The notes: generated from the letters alone by a model not told the origin. Shown: positions 35,820 to 49,537, counted from the stretch's first letter. The stretch is 64,000 bases of DNA from Mobula hypostoma (GCF_963921235.1 NC_086097.1:67892001-67956000), one strand, 5' to 3'. Program-made: numbers and translations.

Positions 35820-38800
35820 AGTGCTCTACCAACAGATGAACCACTTTGAATACTGATGACTTAGCAGAGGAAAGTCACAGACATCAGGTCTTTGGCACAG
35901 AGTCTGGCTCTGCGTTTTAGAAGGGAAGGGGAAGAAGAGACAAGCAATGGTGATAGCGGATTTGTTAGTTGGGGGGAACAGAAAGGAGCTGCTGTGAGCA
36001 AGAATGAGATTCTCGGATGGTATATTGCCTCCCGGGTGCCAGGGTCTGGGACATCTCTGTTTGAGTTCTCAGCATTCTTAAGTGGGAAGGTGAACAACCA
36101 GAGGTCATGGTCCATGTAGGTACCAATGACATAGGTAAGGATAGTGACAAGGTTCTGCAAAGAGAGTTCAGGGAATAAGGTGTTAAGTTAACGAGCAGGA
36201 CCTCCAGGGTTGTGATCTCAGGATCAGGACCTTTACAGAAGAGATTCTCTGCATCCGAACTGGAGAGTGACTAATATCCTGGTGAAAAGGTTTGCTAGTG
36301 CTGTACAGGGGTGTTTGAACTAGAGCTGCAGGGAATCAGAGCATCCAAACAGGCAGTGGAAAAGCTGTGGAGATGGATGTTGTTAAGACCTCAGACAAAG
36401 TCAGGAATCAAAACGTTGAACATAGGACGACTAATGTCCTGAGCTGTGTCTGCTTCAATGCAAGAAGTATCATAGAGAAAGCAGATGAGCGCGGAGCATG
36501 GATCAACACATGGAATTATGACATTGTAGCACTAGTGAGACCTGTTTGCAGGAGGAGCGGAACTGGCAGCTCAGTATTCTGGGTTTCTGTTGCTTTAGAT
36601 GCAACAGATTTGGAAGGGATTAAATGAAGAGGGATGGTGTTACGAGTCAGGGAAATTGTCATGGGAGTGCTCAGTCAGGACAGACTGGAGAACATATCTA
36701 GTGAGGTGCTATGGGTGGAAATGAGGAATAAAGAAGGCATGACCACATTAATGGGGCTATATTACTGACCACTCAACAGTCCACAGGATTTAGAAGAACA
36801 AATTTGTAAAAAGATCACAGGCTGTTACAAGAAACACAAGATTGTTATACTAGGTGATTTTAACTTGCCACATATTGGCTAGAACTCCCATATTGTAAAA
36901 AGACTAAGTGGGATAGAGTTTGTCAAGTGTTCAGGAAAGTTTCCTTAATCAGTACATAGAAATCCCAATGAGACAGTATATACTTGATCTGCTGTTAATG
37001 AATGAGAGAGGGCAGGTGACAGAAGTTTGTGTAGGGGAACACTTTGCATCTAGTGATCATAATGCCATTAGTTTCAAAGTAGATATGGAAAAAGATAAGT
37101 CTAGTCCATGAGTTAAAATTCTAAATGCAAGAAAGGCCAATTTCAGAAAAGATCTGGAAAGTGTGGATTAGGACAGGCTGTTTTCTGGCGAAAGTGTACT
37201 TGGTAAGAGGGAGACCTCCAGAAATGAAATTTTGAGAACACAAAGCTTTTCTGCGCCTGTCAGAATAAAAGGTTAAGATAACAAGTGTCGGTAACCTTGG
37301 TTTTCAAGAGATATCAAGGCCCAGCTTAAGACAAAAAAAAAAGAGGTACATAACAGGTATAGGTAGGTAACAGGTAGGAACAAATGAAGCATAAGAAATG
37401 CAAGAGAACACTAAAGAAAGAAATCAGGAGGGCTAAGAGGAGGCATGAAGTCGCCCTAGCAGACAAGGTGAAGGAGATTCCCAAGGGATTCTACAGATGT
37501 GCTAAGAGCAAAAGTTTAACGGGACAAAATTGGTCCTCTGAAAGATCAGAATGGTAAAGTACATGTGGAGCCAAGAGAGATTGGGAAGATCTTAAATAGA
37601 ACTCTTGCATCTGTATATAGTCAGAAAATGGGCACAGTCTATAAAAATGAGGCAAAGCAGCATAGACTTCATCGACCCTACAGATTACAGAGGAGGAGGT
37701 GTTTGCTGTCCCGAGGCAAATTTGGATGGATAAATCCCCAGGGGCTGACAAGGTGTTCCCTCGGACCCTGCAGGAGACAAGGGCAGAAATTGCAGAGCCC
37801 TAGCAGAGGTATTTAAATCATCCTTTGTGAAAGGTAAGGTGCCAGAGGGTTGGATTGTTCCACCGATTAAGAAAAGCTCTAAAAATAAACTAGGAAATTA
37901 TAGGCCAGTGATCTTGAAATCAGTAGTGAGAAAATTATTGAAAGGTATTCTCAGTGACCAGATAAATGAGTATTTGGATAGATATGGACTGATTAGGGAC
38001 AGTCGGCATGGCTTTGTGTGTGGGAGGTCGTCTAACCAATTGTATAGAATTTTTTGAGGAAGTTATATAGAACATAGAATTCTACAGCACATTACAGGCC
38101 CTTCAGCCCACAATGGTTGCGCCGACCATGTAAACTACTCTAGAAACCGTCTAGACTTTCCTTACCGCATTGCCCTCTTTTTTTTTTAAAGAGTCTCTTA
38201 AAAGACCCTATTGTATCCGCCTCTACCACCATCACTGACAGTGCATTCCATGCACCCACCACTCTCTGTGTGAAAAACTTACCTCTGACATCCCCCTTCT
38301 ACCTATTTCCAAGCACCTTAAAACTGTGCCGCCTCATGTTAGCCATTTCAGTCCTGGGAAAAAGCCTCTGGCTATCCACACGATCCATCCTATACACCTC
38401 TATCAGGTCACCTCTCATCCTCTGTTGTCCTAAGGAGAAAAGGCCAAGTTCACTCAACCTATTCTCATAAGGCATGCCCTCCAATCTAGGCAACATTCTT
38501 GTAAATCTACTCTGCACTCTCCAGGAAAATTGATGAAGGCAAGGTAGTGACTGTCGTCTACATGAACTTTAGCAAGGCATTTGACAAGGTCCCACATGGG
38601 AGGTTCAGTCGCTTGGCATTCAAGATGAGGTAATAAATTGGATGAGGCATTGGCTTTGTAGGAGAAGCCAGAGAGCGGTAATAGATGCTTGCCTCTCTGA
38701 CTGGAGTGCCATAGGAATCGCTGCTGGGTCTGCTTCTGCTACGTGTTGAACTTCGGTCGGCAAGTGCAAGGTGTTGCACTTCTGGTAGGACCAACGAGGA

Positions 38801-39540
38801 TAAGTCTTACACAGTGAGTGTTAGAGCACTGAGAAATGCTGTAGAACAAAGGATTCTGGGAATATAGATCCATAATTAATAGAAAATGGCATCACAGGTA
38901 AATAGGGTCGTAAAGAAAGCTTGTGGTGCATTGGCCTTCTTAAGTCAAAGTACTAAACACAGAAGATGAGATTTTATGTTGAAGTTGTGTAAGGCATTGG
39001 TGAGGTCCAATTTGGAATATTGTGTGCAGTTCTGATCACCTACATACAGGGAAAATGTAAATAAGGTTGAAAGAACACAGAGAAAATTTACAAGGATGCT
39101 GTTGGGTCTGGAGGACCTGAGCTATAAGATTGAACTTTATTCCTTGGAATGTAGTAGACTGGGGGGAGATTTGATACAGGTACACAAAATTATGAGCAGT
39201 ATAGATAGGATAAATGCAGGGTAGGCTTTTTCCACTGAGGTTGGGTGGGACTACAACTAGAGGTCATGGGTTAAGGGTGAAAGATGAAAAGCTTAAAGGG
39301 AACATGAGGGGAAACTTCTTCACTCAGGGGTTGAGAGTGCATGGAATGAGCTGCCAGTGCAGCTGGTGCGTGCAAGCTCAATTTCAATGTTTAAGGGAAG
39401 ATTAGATAGGTACATGGATGGTAGGGGTATGGAGGGCGATGGTCCTGGTGCAGGTTGATGGGAGTAGGCAGTTTAAATGGTTCAGCATGGACTAGATGGG
39501 TTGAATGGCCTATCTTTATGCTGTACTTTTCTATGACTCT
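35820..39540 (+). mobile_element. Near-full-length degenerate CR1 LINE (ORF1 esterase remnant + ORF2)
   Basis: ORF1 CLPGARV..PEVMVHVGTNDIG. ORF2 CFNARSI, ILGDFNLP, ILDLLL..SSDHNAISF, DKSPGAD, NYRPV, YMNFSKAFDKVPH. Tail ctgtacttttctatgactct. Confidence 0.9.
38066..38520 (-). mobile_element. CR1 3' fragment nested antisense within the CR1
   Basis: VQSRFTRMLPRLEGMPYENRLSELGLFSL..RMRGDLIEVY on the - strand. The host CR1 frame (gaggaagtta|ccaggaaa) resumes after it. Confidence 0.85.
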
Positions 39541-39544
39541 AGGA

Positions 39545-39825
39545 GACAGTGCCTGAAGAAGCCAGTATCCATCACCAGGAACCCTCTCCATCTGGAACGT
39601 TACCATCATCAGGGAGAATGTATAGGAGTCTGAAGACCTACATTCAATGATTCAGAGCTTCTTTCCCTCTGCATTAGATTTCTGAATGGTCCAGGAAACC
39701 CATCTTGTTAGTCGTTGTCTTTGCACTCTTTTTGTAACTTATTCTAATTTTATATCTTTGTTCTGCACTGCTGCTAAACAACAAATTTCATGACCCATGT
39801 CAGCGATAATAATCCTGATTCACTA
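39545..39825 (+). mobile_element. Rex1-type LINE 3' fragment
   Basis: tgcctgaagaagccagtatccatc..agggagaatgtataggagtctgaag..ttctttccctctgc..gataataatcctgatt, homologous to other Rex1 3' ends in the window. Confidence 0.65.
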
Positions 39826-39864
39826 ACATAAAAACCACACTTGCAAGATCCTATAAACTGCACA

Positions 39865-40920
39865 GGAATCATAGAAAATTTATAAAAAGGAGCCCATTCA
39901 TTCTTGTCATCTGTTTGATTCCAGTCAAAAATGAACTACCTGCCTAATCCTGTCTTTAGCCCTTTGAGTACACATCCAAATACTATTTAAACACATCAAA
40001 GGTTTCTACATATACCGATATGTAGAAACGTCAAACACTTTCCAGCCAACTACCATGCCGGTCTGAAAAGAGAGTTTGCTTCGCTCCTCCTTAGTTCTTC
40101 TATAAATTATTTTAATTCACTGCTCTTCTAGCTCTCAAACCTACTTACTAAGGATAGAGTTCCTTGCTATTTATCCTATCAAGGCCACTCATGATCTTAG
40201 ACACCTCAACTAAGTTTTCCCTTAACCCTGTCCATTGCAGACTATTCAATTTTGCCTGATAACTTAAATCCCCAGTTTCCAGTCATGTCATTCATGAATC
40301 TGCATCTTCTCCAGTAAATTCTATCTCTTTTTTTGTGCAATGCACTCTCCAGGGCTGTACACGACACTCAAGCTGCCGGCCTAACTAGTGTGGTCTACAA
40401 TCCTATTGCTTTTATATTCCAAACCTCAGTTTCTAAAGTAAAGCAGCCAAATTATTATTTTAATCACCTCATCAACCAGTCCTGCAATTGCCAGGGTGCT
40501 TCTGTTCCTGCACATCACTCAATATCCTTCCATTTTTTGTTTATACTCCTGCCTTCCTGCATCTCCCAAATGCATTCTCTCATACCTCCCCACATTAACT
40601 TCAATTTTTCACTTTGTGCAGTTGAGCAGACTCTTTATAGCTTCCTGTAGCCTAAAGCTTTCTTCTTTACTGTAAACCAGTGATCTTTGAATCACCTGCT
40701 GACCTCTTTATCATGCTCCTCATATTTAATTCAAAATCATTAATACTATAAAAAGCAAGAGACTGGGGCCTCTGGAAACCCAAGGGTAACAGTTTCCTAG
40801 TTACAAAAGCACACATTACCATTTACTTCCTGTCACTGAGCCAATGTTGATCCAATCTGCCAGTTTTCCTTGGACCTCTTGGGGTTTTACTTTATCGAAC
40901 AGCCTGTTATATGTCAATGA
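39865..40920 (-). mobile_element. Highly decayed CR1 3' region
   Basis: Residual similarity on the - strand to the GDLIEVYKIM and KFADD regions and to a CR1 tail. Confidence 0.5.
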
Positions 40921-41039
40921 CCAGATAATTTATTTTAGAAATGTTAGTGGATGAATCAATGGTGGCTAGAACATGATGGGGGCTCCCTCTCTCTTCTTCA
41001 AATAAGGCCATAGGATCTTATTTTGCCCATCTTCTTTAT

Positions 41040-42170
41040 GCAAATTGCTATTACTAAGAAGAAGATGTTTGAGAAGCTGAAAGATGAAGGTACATAAGTC
41101 ACCGGGACCAGTTGGTGTGCACCCAGGGTTCTGAAAGAGGTGGCTGAAGAAATTTTGGAGACATTGGTGATGACCTTTCAAGAATCACTAGATTCTGGAA
41201 TGGTCCCGGAGGACTGGAAAATTGCAAATGTAACTCCACTTTTTAAGAAGGGGGGGAGACAGAAGAAAGGAAATTATAGGCCAGTTAGCTTGATTTCAGT
41301 GGTTGGGAAGGTGTTGGAGTCCATTATTAAGGATGAGGTTTTGGGATTCTTGGAGGCACAAGATGCAACAGGCTGAAGTCAGCAGGATTTCCTCAAGGGG
41401 AAATCTTGCCTGACAAATTTGTTGGAAATCTTTGAGGAAATAACAGACAGGTTAGACAAAGGAGACTCAGTGAATGTTTCTTACTTGGATTTTCAGAAGA
41501 TGTTTGACAAGGCTGCACATGAGGCTGCTTTACAAGATACGAGGTCATGATATGACAGGAAAGCTACCAGCATGGATAGAAGATTGGCTGACTGGCAGGA
41601 GGCAAAGAGTGGGAACGTAAGGTGCTCTGGTTGGCTGCCAGTGACTAGTGTTGTTCCAAAGTGGTTGGTATCGGGACCGTTGCTTTTCACATTATGTCAA
41701 TAATCTGGACGACAGAATTTTGGCTTTGTGGCCAAGTTTGTGAAGATACAAAGACAGGTGGAGGAGCAGACAGCATTGAGGAAGTAGGACGCCCGCAGAA
41801 GGACATAGACAGATTGGGAGAATGGGTAAGAAAGTGGCAGATGGAATACAGTGTAGGGAAGTGTATGGTCATGCACTTTGGTAGAAGGAATAAAGGCAGA
41901 GGCAATTTTCTAAAGGTAGAAAATTCAAAAATCACAGGTGCAAAGGGACTTGGAAGTTCTCATACAGGATTACCTAAAGATTAACTTGCAGGTTAAGTCA
42001 GTGGTCAGGAAGGGAAATCTTTCAAGAGCATTCTTTTCAAGAGGACTAGAATATAAGAGCAAGGATGTAATGCTGAGTTTTTATAAAGCATTCATCAGAC
42101 TCCATGCAGTAATATGAGCAGCTTTGCCTCCTTATCTTATCTTGAAAGAAATGGATACTGGGATAGTGGA
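41040..42170 (+). mobile_element. CR1 ORF2 RT fragment
   Basis: KSPGP..HPRVLKEVAEEI..VPEDWKIANVTPLFKKGGRQKKGNYRPVSLISVVGKVLESII, YLDFQKMFDK, WQMEYSVGKC. Confidence 0.88.
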
Positions 42171-42289
42171 TCCATTTGTTGAAAACGAAGAATTTTCTAA
42201 ATTCAGGGAGGGTACCAGAATGCTGGATAACAGCAGAAGTGAGTCCACGTTCGAAAAGAGAGGCAGACAGAATGCAGGAAAGTATTAAC

Positions 42290-42400
42290 TTGACCATTTT
42301 GTTTCATTTCCATAGATGCTATCTGACCTGCTGAGCTCCTCAAGCATTTTGTGTCTGTTACTCTGCATTTCCAGCAACTGCAGAATCTCTTTTGTTTAAG
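42290..42400 (+). mobile_element. Penelope-like tail fragment
   Basis: ccatagatgctatctgacctgctgagctcctcaagcattttgtgt..ttccagcaactgcagaatctct. Confidence 0.65.
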
Positions 42401-43834
42401 TATTAACATTGGTAAGTTTAATATCTATTGCTGGCAAGATGCCAAAGTTAATAATTAAAGAGAAAATAACAAAGCATTTAGGAAAGTATAATATGATGAA
42501 ACCTAGTCAACATGACCTTACGAAAGATAAATCATGCTTGACAAATTGTTCATATTCTTGGAAAATGTGACAGGGAGTTTTGAGAAAGGGGAAATGTTAG
42601 TGTGGTATATTATGATTTCTGAAATGTACTCGACAAAGTTCCAAAGTGCATAAATTAAGAACTCAGTGTATTGAAGAAAGTGTGTAATCATGGATTAAAA
42701 ATAGACTGTCACTTTGAAAGCACAGAATTGGAAAAAAATGGGTCCATATCAGGCTGGAGAAATGTATTCTTCCTTTCAACATCAATCTCATTCAATGCTC
42801 AGTGCTTTGTGCTTCATATTCAGAAGTATATGGGATCGTCTTTCCAAACCCATCCACACTTCTTCAAACTATAAAAATTTACATTGTGAATTTTTGTACC
42901 AAAATTAACTAAAACTCTTTGCATAATTAGTAAATATGTTGTCACAGCACATTCCATTTTCCACAAGATGTGCAGGACCAATGTGCCAAGGCATTTTCAG
43001 TATCATTTCTCAACACCAAAACCAAAAAGGATGTGGGAAACAAGAGCATGTGAACATTATTACCTTCAAGACACACCAGACAAACACCACACACACTTGA
43101 AAATACCCTCAATCAAAATTCTGAAATGCCACACCCAGTAGCACTATGTAAATGTACCTTTGACATTTTTCCTGTAATCGTTCACATAAAAGACTCAGTA
43201 TCTTCTTCTCAAAGCCATTAATGGAGCAGTAATAAATGCTTGATTTGTTAGTAATGCAATATTTCAACGAAGTGTGGAAAAAGTTAGCAAAGCTAGTTTT
43301 CTATTGCCCTACTAATATTGGCTAATGATGAACCCCAGACAAACGAAAATGAAGATTTATACAAGTACGACAAGATAACTAAAAGTGACATCTGTAAATG
43401 ATAATAAATGGAAGCAGGCTTGTTATCCTTCTAAAATGTCATTATTTTGCCCTTTACTGCCTATAAAAGTCAAGCGTTAAACATAAACAAGATATGATAC
43501 TCAATCTTCAAATTCTGAACTATTCTGCACATATACTGTGTCAGTTATTAAAAATGCTAATGCTAGTTTTCAGAGAAGTATTTTATACTGTCATTGACAA
43601 TGAAAGGCTCCACTGATAAAAAAGAAAAATTAATCAGCGTTTATAACAGAAAGAAAGTAAATTTTGAAACTGACAACAGTTCTTTTAGTTGGAGAGGAGA
43701 GAGAATAGCTGTTATCTCCCAGGATAGCTCACAAATGTATCCCCTGGCCTTTAGGGAACCCTAAAGTATTTCAAGGTGATTAATGTCACAGTAGATAAAG
43801 TTGTTACACAGGAGGCTCCATGCTAACTGCAAAC

Positions 43835-44360
43835 TGTTAAGTTTCGTAAATCAAAAACATAAATACTAATTGAAAGAAAAATAAGAGCGCCAAGAATGTG
43901 AGTCTATCTTCATTTTTTCTTTAAGAGAGGCACCATATCACATAGTAGCATCATGACATATGCAATTCCCGTAGTTCATACATAACCATAATGGATTACT
44001 TAAACAACAGAATGCTTAAACAATACATTTACAATATTGCTCAATTATAACTTACATATTAAATACATAACACTCCTCCCTGCTTAGCTGTAAACTCCAA
44101 CTCACTATAGAACATATATACATATACTACATTTACAGTACATTATATCATGCAACTACTTTATACACATCCACAGCATAGTAAATTTTAAATTGTCCTT
44201 TTCAGGCCTAAAGGTTTAATCACTGTGAAGGATTTCTTACTCTGGTGGGATAACATCTTTCCTGACAAATGAGGTCACTCTGCTTGGCAGGTGAGACGTG
44301 TGGCTGTGAAAGCAATCTCAGACTCTGGGGCTTCCTCTGTGGTGGTTTTAAGAGTTGACT
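43835..44360 (-). mobile_element. 3' remnant of a Gypsy element: LTR (43835-44072), PPT and integrase C-terminus
   Basis: TGTTA..TAACA termini, PPT AGGGAGGAG adjacent on the - strand, and an ERCYPTRVRNP..LNL-like frame at ~44210-44265. The LTR is similar to 59122-59348. Confidence 0.7.
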
Positions 44361-45692
44361 TTGAGATGAGTTGCAAGTAAATTGGACCTGCAGTTATTGC
44401 AAGCATACTCACTGCTCTACATATTGCAGGAATACAACAGAATAGTGGCTAAATTCCAGGGCTGGCATGCAGATTCCTGCACTATTGATCTGGTGATAAA
44501 AGGTCAAATCCTTCAATGGCAGCAGGAGAATTTAAATGCAATCAATTAAATTCCTTGATGTGCTGGGGTCAAGGATGTAGCTAAACAATGATACAACATT
44601 CTGAGGCAGAAGAGTGTAGAAGCAGAGGTCATGATCCAGATAGATACCAATAGCAGATTGAAAGGAGATGCCATTCTACAAGCAGATTACAAGGGCAGTA
44701 CTGGCAGCTCAACCTTTGCATTGCATTTGAATGTTTCCCTGCGACACCCAGGGCATCAAGCATGCTTGTAGTAAATGCAGGCACAAAATACATTTGCAAG
44801 CAATCCAAGTTACAGAGGTTTCAAAATGGAGAACTGGGTAAAAGAACAGTCACAGTAGCAAAATCAATTAAAGCATGGAAGTGTAGGTTTTCTGACACAC
44901 ATTTTAACTACTATGTGAGAGAAAAGGTAGCTAACGGACTAAGGAATGGATATAGGTGGGAGTGAGAGAGGACAAAGAAGGCACCTATCACTATCTAGTT
45001 AGATTTCAGGATTGTTATGGTAAAGGACCAAGATACATCAGAAATAACTTCTAATCGGGGAAAGGCCCATTTACCAGGCTGAGAATATAACTAAAAGTGA
45101 ACTAGAAACAGCTATTTGAAGGTAACTCAAAAAAGTGGCAGACTCTCAAAGAGGAGACACTAAGAATGTCCAAATATATTCCAAATAAAATAAAAGGTAA
45201 CACTCCCATATCTAAATCCCACAGGAGTGAATTCTTATGACCCAATTTAGTGGACCTGATGTCATATCAGCATGATCTACCTAATTTGCACTAGTTGCTA
45301 TACTGACCTATTTGCAAACAGCACAAGTCACACTAAAAATATTTGCTTCCACTTTGCTTTGAGAAGTGAAACCAAATTAACACTAGATGCTGAAAAAACC
45401 CAATTCCACATGGCTTACCTTTTCTTTTAGAATTAAAAAATGCATTGTGGATAATTCATCTGGTTTAGCTAGTGGTTCTGAGTTCTGTGGTTAACCAGGT
45501 GCCCAGGTAACAATCGAGTTTCATCTTCAAGTCAAATCTCATTGCAGTTGGAAATTAAATTTTTGTTCGTAAGAATTTCTTCTATTTTCTAATCTGGAGC
45601 AGCATGTTCAGAGTTTTAATCAGTTGAATTTATTTATTACTTACTTATGTAAAAAATCCATTTTTCTTCAGAAATGAGATCCTTAGTATATT

Positions 45693-47396
45693 TACCCCTC
45701 GATCGTGACCCCACTAAGGAGCACCAGGCCACTGTCTCCCACACTATCAACGACTTTATCCGCTCAGGGGATCTCCCATCCACTGCTACCAACCTTATAG
45801 TTCCCACACCCCGCACTTCCCGTTTCTACCTCCTACCCAAGATCCACAAACCTGCCTGTCCTGGCCGACCTATTGTCTCAGCTTGCTCCTGCCCCACCGA
45901 ACTCGTTTCTGCATACCTCGACACTGTTTTATCACCCCTTGTTCAATCCCTTCCGACCTATGTTCGTGACACTTCTCACGCTCTTAAACTTTTCGATGAT
46001 TTTAAGTTCCCTGGCCCCCACCGCTTTATTTTCACCATGGATGTCCAGTCCCTATATACTTCCATCCCCCATCAGGAAGGTCTCAAAGCTCTACGCTTCT
46101 TTTTGGATTCCAGACCTAATCAGTTCCCCTCTACCACCACTCTGCTCCGTCTAGCAGAATTAGTCCTTACTCTTAATAATTTCTCCTTTTGCTCCTCCCA
46201 TTTCCTCCAAACTAAAGGTGTAGCTATGGGCACCCGTATGGGTCCTAGCTATGCCTGCCTTTTTGTTGGGTTTGTGGAACAATCTATGTTCCGTGCCTAT
46301 TCTGGTATCTGTCCCCCACTTTTCCTTCGCTACATCGACGACTGCATTGGCGCTGCTTCCTGCACGCATGCAGAACTCGTTGACTTTATTAACTTTGCCT
46401 CCAACTTTCACCCTGCCCTCAAGTTTACCTGGTCCATTTCCGACACCTCCCTCCCCTTTCTAGATCTTTCTGTCTCTGTCTCTGGAGACAGCTTATCCAC
46501 TGATGTCTACTATAAGCCTACTGACTCTCACAGCTATCTGGACTATTCCTCTTCTCACCCTGTCTCTTGCAAAAACGCCATCCCCTTCTCGCAATTCCTC
46601 CGTCTCCGCCGCATCTGCTCTCAGGATGAGGCTTTTCATTCTAGGACGAGGGAGATGTCTTCATTTTTTAAAGAAAGGGGCTTCCCTTCCTCCACTTTCA
46701 ACTCTGCTCTTAAACGCATCTCCCCCATTTCACGTACATCTGCTCTCACTCCATCCTCCCACCACCCCACTAGGAATAGGGTTCCCCTGGTCCTCACCTA
46801 CCACCCCACCAGCCTCCGGGTCCAACATATTATTCTCCGTAACTTCCGCCACCTCCAACGGGATCCCACCACTAAGCATATCTTTCTCTCCCCCCCTCTC
46901 TGCATTCCGCAGGGATCGCTCCCTACACAACTCCCTTGTCCATTCGTCCCCCCCATCCCTCCCCACTGATCTCCCTCCTGGCACTTATCCGTGTAAGCGG
47001 AACAAGTGCTACACATGCCCTTACACTTCCTCCCTTACCACCATTCAGGGCCCCAAACAGTCCTTCCAGGTGAGGCATCACTTCACCTGTGAGTCGACTG
47101 GGGTGATATACTGCGTCCGGTGCTCCCGATGTGGCCTTTTATATATTGGTGAGACCCGACGCAGACTGGGAGACCGCTTTGCTGAACATCTACGCTCTGT
47201 CCGCCAGAGAAAGCAGGATCTCCCAGTGGCCACACATTTTAATTCCACATCCCATTCCCATTCTGACATGTCTATCCACGGCCTCCTCTACTGTAAAGAT
47301 GAAGCCACACTCAGGTTGGAGGAACAACACCTTATATTCCGTCTGGGTAGCCTCCAACCTGATGGCATGAACATTGACTTCTCTAACTTCCGCTAG
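45693..47396 (+). pseudogene. PLE ORF (RT core, thumb, GIY-YIG) with a single frameshift near 46885-46900
   Basis: ORF 45674-46969 (RT) and the end of ORF 46503-47396 (GIY-YIG). The copy at 50581-51306 reads through this point as HIFPSPHLSAFRRD. Confidence 0.9.
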
Positions 47397-47693
47397 GCCC
47401 CACCTCCCCCTCGTACCCCATCTGTTACTCTTTTTTATGCACACATTCTTTCTCTCACTCTCCTTTTTCTCCCTCTGTCCCTCTGAATATACCTCTTGCC
47501 CATCCTCTGGGTCAACCCCCCCCCCCCCGTCTTTCTTCCCGGACCTCCTGTCCCATGATCCTCTCGTATCCCCTTTTGCCTATCACCTGTCCAGCTCTCG
47601 GCTCCATCCCTCCCCCTCCTGTCTTCTCCTATCATTTTGCATCTCCCCCTCCCCCTCCAGCTTTCAAATCCCTTACTCACTCTTCCTTCAGTT

Positions 47694-47729
47694 AGTCCTG
47701 ACGAAGGGTCTCGGCCTGAAACGTCGACT
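47694..47729 (+). ncRNA. Minimal type I hammerhead ribozyme in the PLE 3' UTR
   Basis: AGTCCTGACGAAGGGTCTCGGCCTGAAACGTCGACT, identical to 17577-17612. Confidence 0.8.
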
Positions 47730-48355
47730 GTGGCTCTTCCTAGAGATGCTGCCTGGCCTGCTGCGTTCACGAGCAACTTTGATGTGTGTTGCTTGAATTT
47801 CCAGCATCTGCAGAATTCCTGTTGTTCCTTAGTATATTGATCAAGATGTTGGCAATCCAATTGCTATGCCTGGCAGATGTTGTTGTAAGTAGGGCATTTA
47901 GAAGGATACCAGCAAATTTGCCGGTAACGTAAATAGACATCAGTTTGACATACCACACTGATGCTCTTGTTCAATTCAGACTAAAATGCTTAATTCATGA
48001 ACTCTGACCTGCTTGAGAACAGTAGAGGGCATATCCTGACTGGTAAATTAGTGTTTGCGATATTTGTCTCTGTGCCATCCCATTCCTATTGAAGAAGACT
48101 GATTCTAAGATCAGAGCTCATCTTGTAGCATTAACTCCTACTTTTACAGGTGTAAAGATATCTCTATTTTCTAGGTACCTGTGCATATGGCTGAAGTTTG
48201 TGTTTCAAGCATCTTTTGGAAAGACTTTCCTATTTTTTTAAACACAGTTTCAGTTTCTACTAAAATAGCAAATGCATTTTCACTTTTAATGAAGGCAGTA
48301 TTTTATACTTAATGATACACTACTTCAACAAACTTGTATTTGCCAAAGGTAATGC

Positions 48356-49023
48356 CAGACATCCCACCCTGCAAAAACTGATTTCAGGGAGGTAGCACTA
48401 TCAATTTGCAGGAGACTTCCAGGAGAGGTGGGATGTCTGCAATAGAGTAACTCCTTAGCAGCTGGCCAGCTAGTTTAAATAACATTAGCTATGCTAATGA
48501 ACGAATGACACCTGTTAAACTCACCTCAACATGTCTTTTACAGTCTTAACCCACCATGGGCAATAGAAAAGTCACTGTTGCAAACAGTGCAGCGAGCAAC
48601 ACTGTCATTATTTTTGACCCCTATTAGGCAGGGGTACACTTTAGTGTAGTCTGGGGTGACGTACGTTTTATATTTTTTTGGAACACTCTGCCATGGCGCG
48701 CTGTTGCTCTCTCTCTCGCTCTCGCTTGCTTGCTCTCGCGCTTTCTCTCTCTCTCGCTTGCGCTCTCACTTGCTTTCTCTCACTCTCTCTCACACTTGCT
48801 TTCTCTCTCGCGCTCTCTCTCTCTCGCTTGCTTTCTCTCTCGCACTCTCACTCTCACTCTCTCTCTCTCTCATGGTCGCTCTCGCGCTCTCTCTTGCTTT
48901 CTCTCGCTCGCTTGCTCTCAAAAAAATTGATTTCCGTGATATTGTATATAATTTGCGGCCATCAGGGAGCCACTATTCATATGCGGGAGACTCCCAGAAC
49001 TTCCGGGAGAGGTAGGATGTCTG
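48356..49023. mobile_element. Non-autonomous DNA transposon with a duplicated right end and an internal CT/CG microsatellite
   Basis: TIR CAGACATCCCACC (48356-48368) versus GGTAGGATGTCTG (49011-49023), plus an internal perfect GGTGGGATGTCTG (48427-48439). TAATGC direct repeat at 48350-48355 and 49024-49029. Confidence 0.75.
48705..48920. repeat. Degenerate (CT)n/(CTCG)n microsatellite
   Basis: Visible low-complexity ctctctcgct repeats. Confidence 0.95.
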
Positions 49024-49537
49024 TAATGCACACTTATTAATTAACTCACTTCCATATAAAAGCCACAGTAGATTCCATTATACAGAATTAAATATTTGCT
49101 AGGTGTCTTTCTCACTCCTTGAGAGTTAAATGTGTTGAAATAATTATACCAAGCTTTCTGATAGTTGAAATAACTATTTGACAATAAACAGCCAAAATAT
49201 TTTGACTTACTATAAAGAAAGCATATTTTAAATAACCAAAGATTATTTCCCCACAGCACAAAATAATGTAGCATGATTTTACTAGGTCTTGTGTTAGAAA
49301 AGTCCATGTATACAGTGTACTTAACTTGGTTGTGTGATATGTTAATCACACTCTCACAGGACACTCTTTCCTGAACACTTAAACCAGCCAGGCATTCTTC
49401 TTTAGCTAAAATGAAATACTTAACCGTGCTGCTTTCAGGATGAAAGCTTAGCAAGCAGCAATTAAGATTTTGTGGACAATCACCAGCTAATTTGGATTAA
49501 AGACAAAGGAAAATCAATGATCTTCAGTATATGATTA

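Larger units (their letters stand above)
45693..47825 (+). mobile_element. 5'-truncated young Penelope-like element (RT + GIY-YIG), Neptune-like
   Basis: FYLLPKIHK, GRPIVS, TMDVQSLYTSI, GVAMGTRMGPSYA, LRYIDD, LPFLDL, linker CKRNKCYTC, endonuclease GVIYCVRCSRCGLLYIGET..R..EH. Perfect 13-bp TSD TCCTTAGTATATT (45680-45692, 47826-47838). Confidence 0.95.

Noticed and set aside
47374..47860. 140-aa ORFs on both strands, recurring at 17321-17659 and 52711-53210
   Set aside because: They derive from the pyrimidine-rich Penelope 3' UTR; the recurrence reflects repeat copies, not a gene family.
48656..49040. Leu/Ser-rich ORFs of ~120 aa
   Set aside because: Translations of the CT/CG microsatellite.
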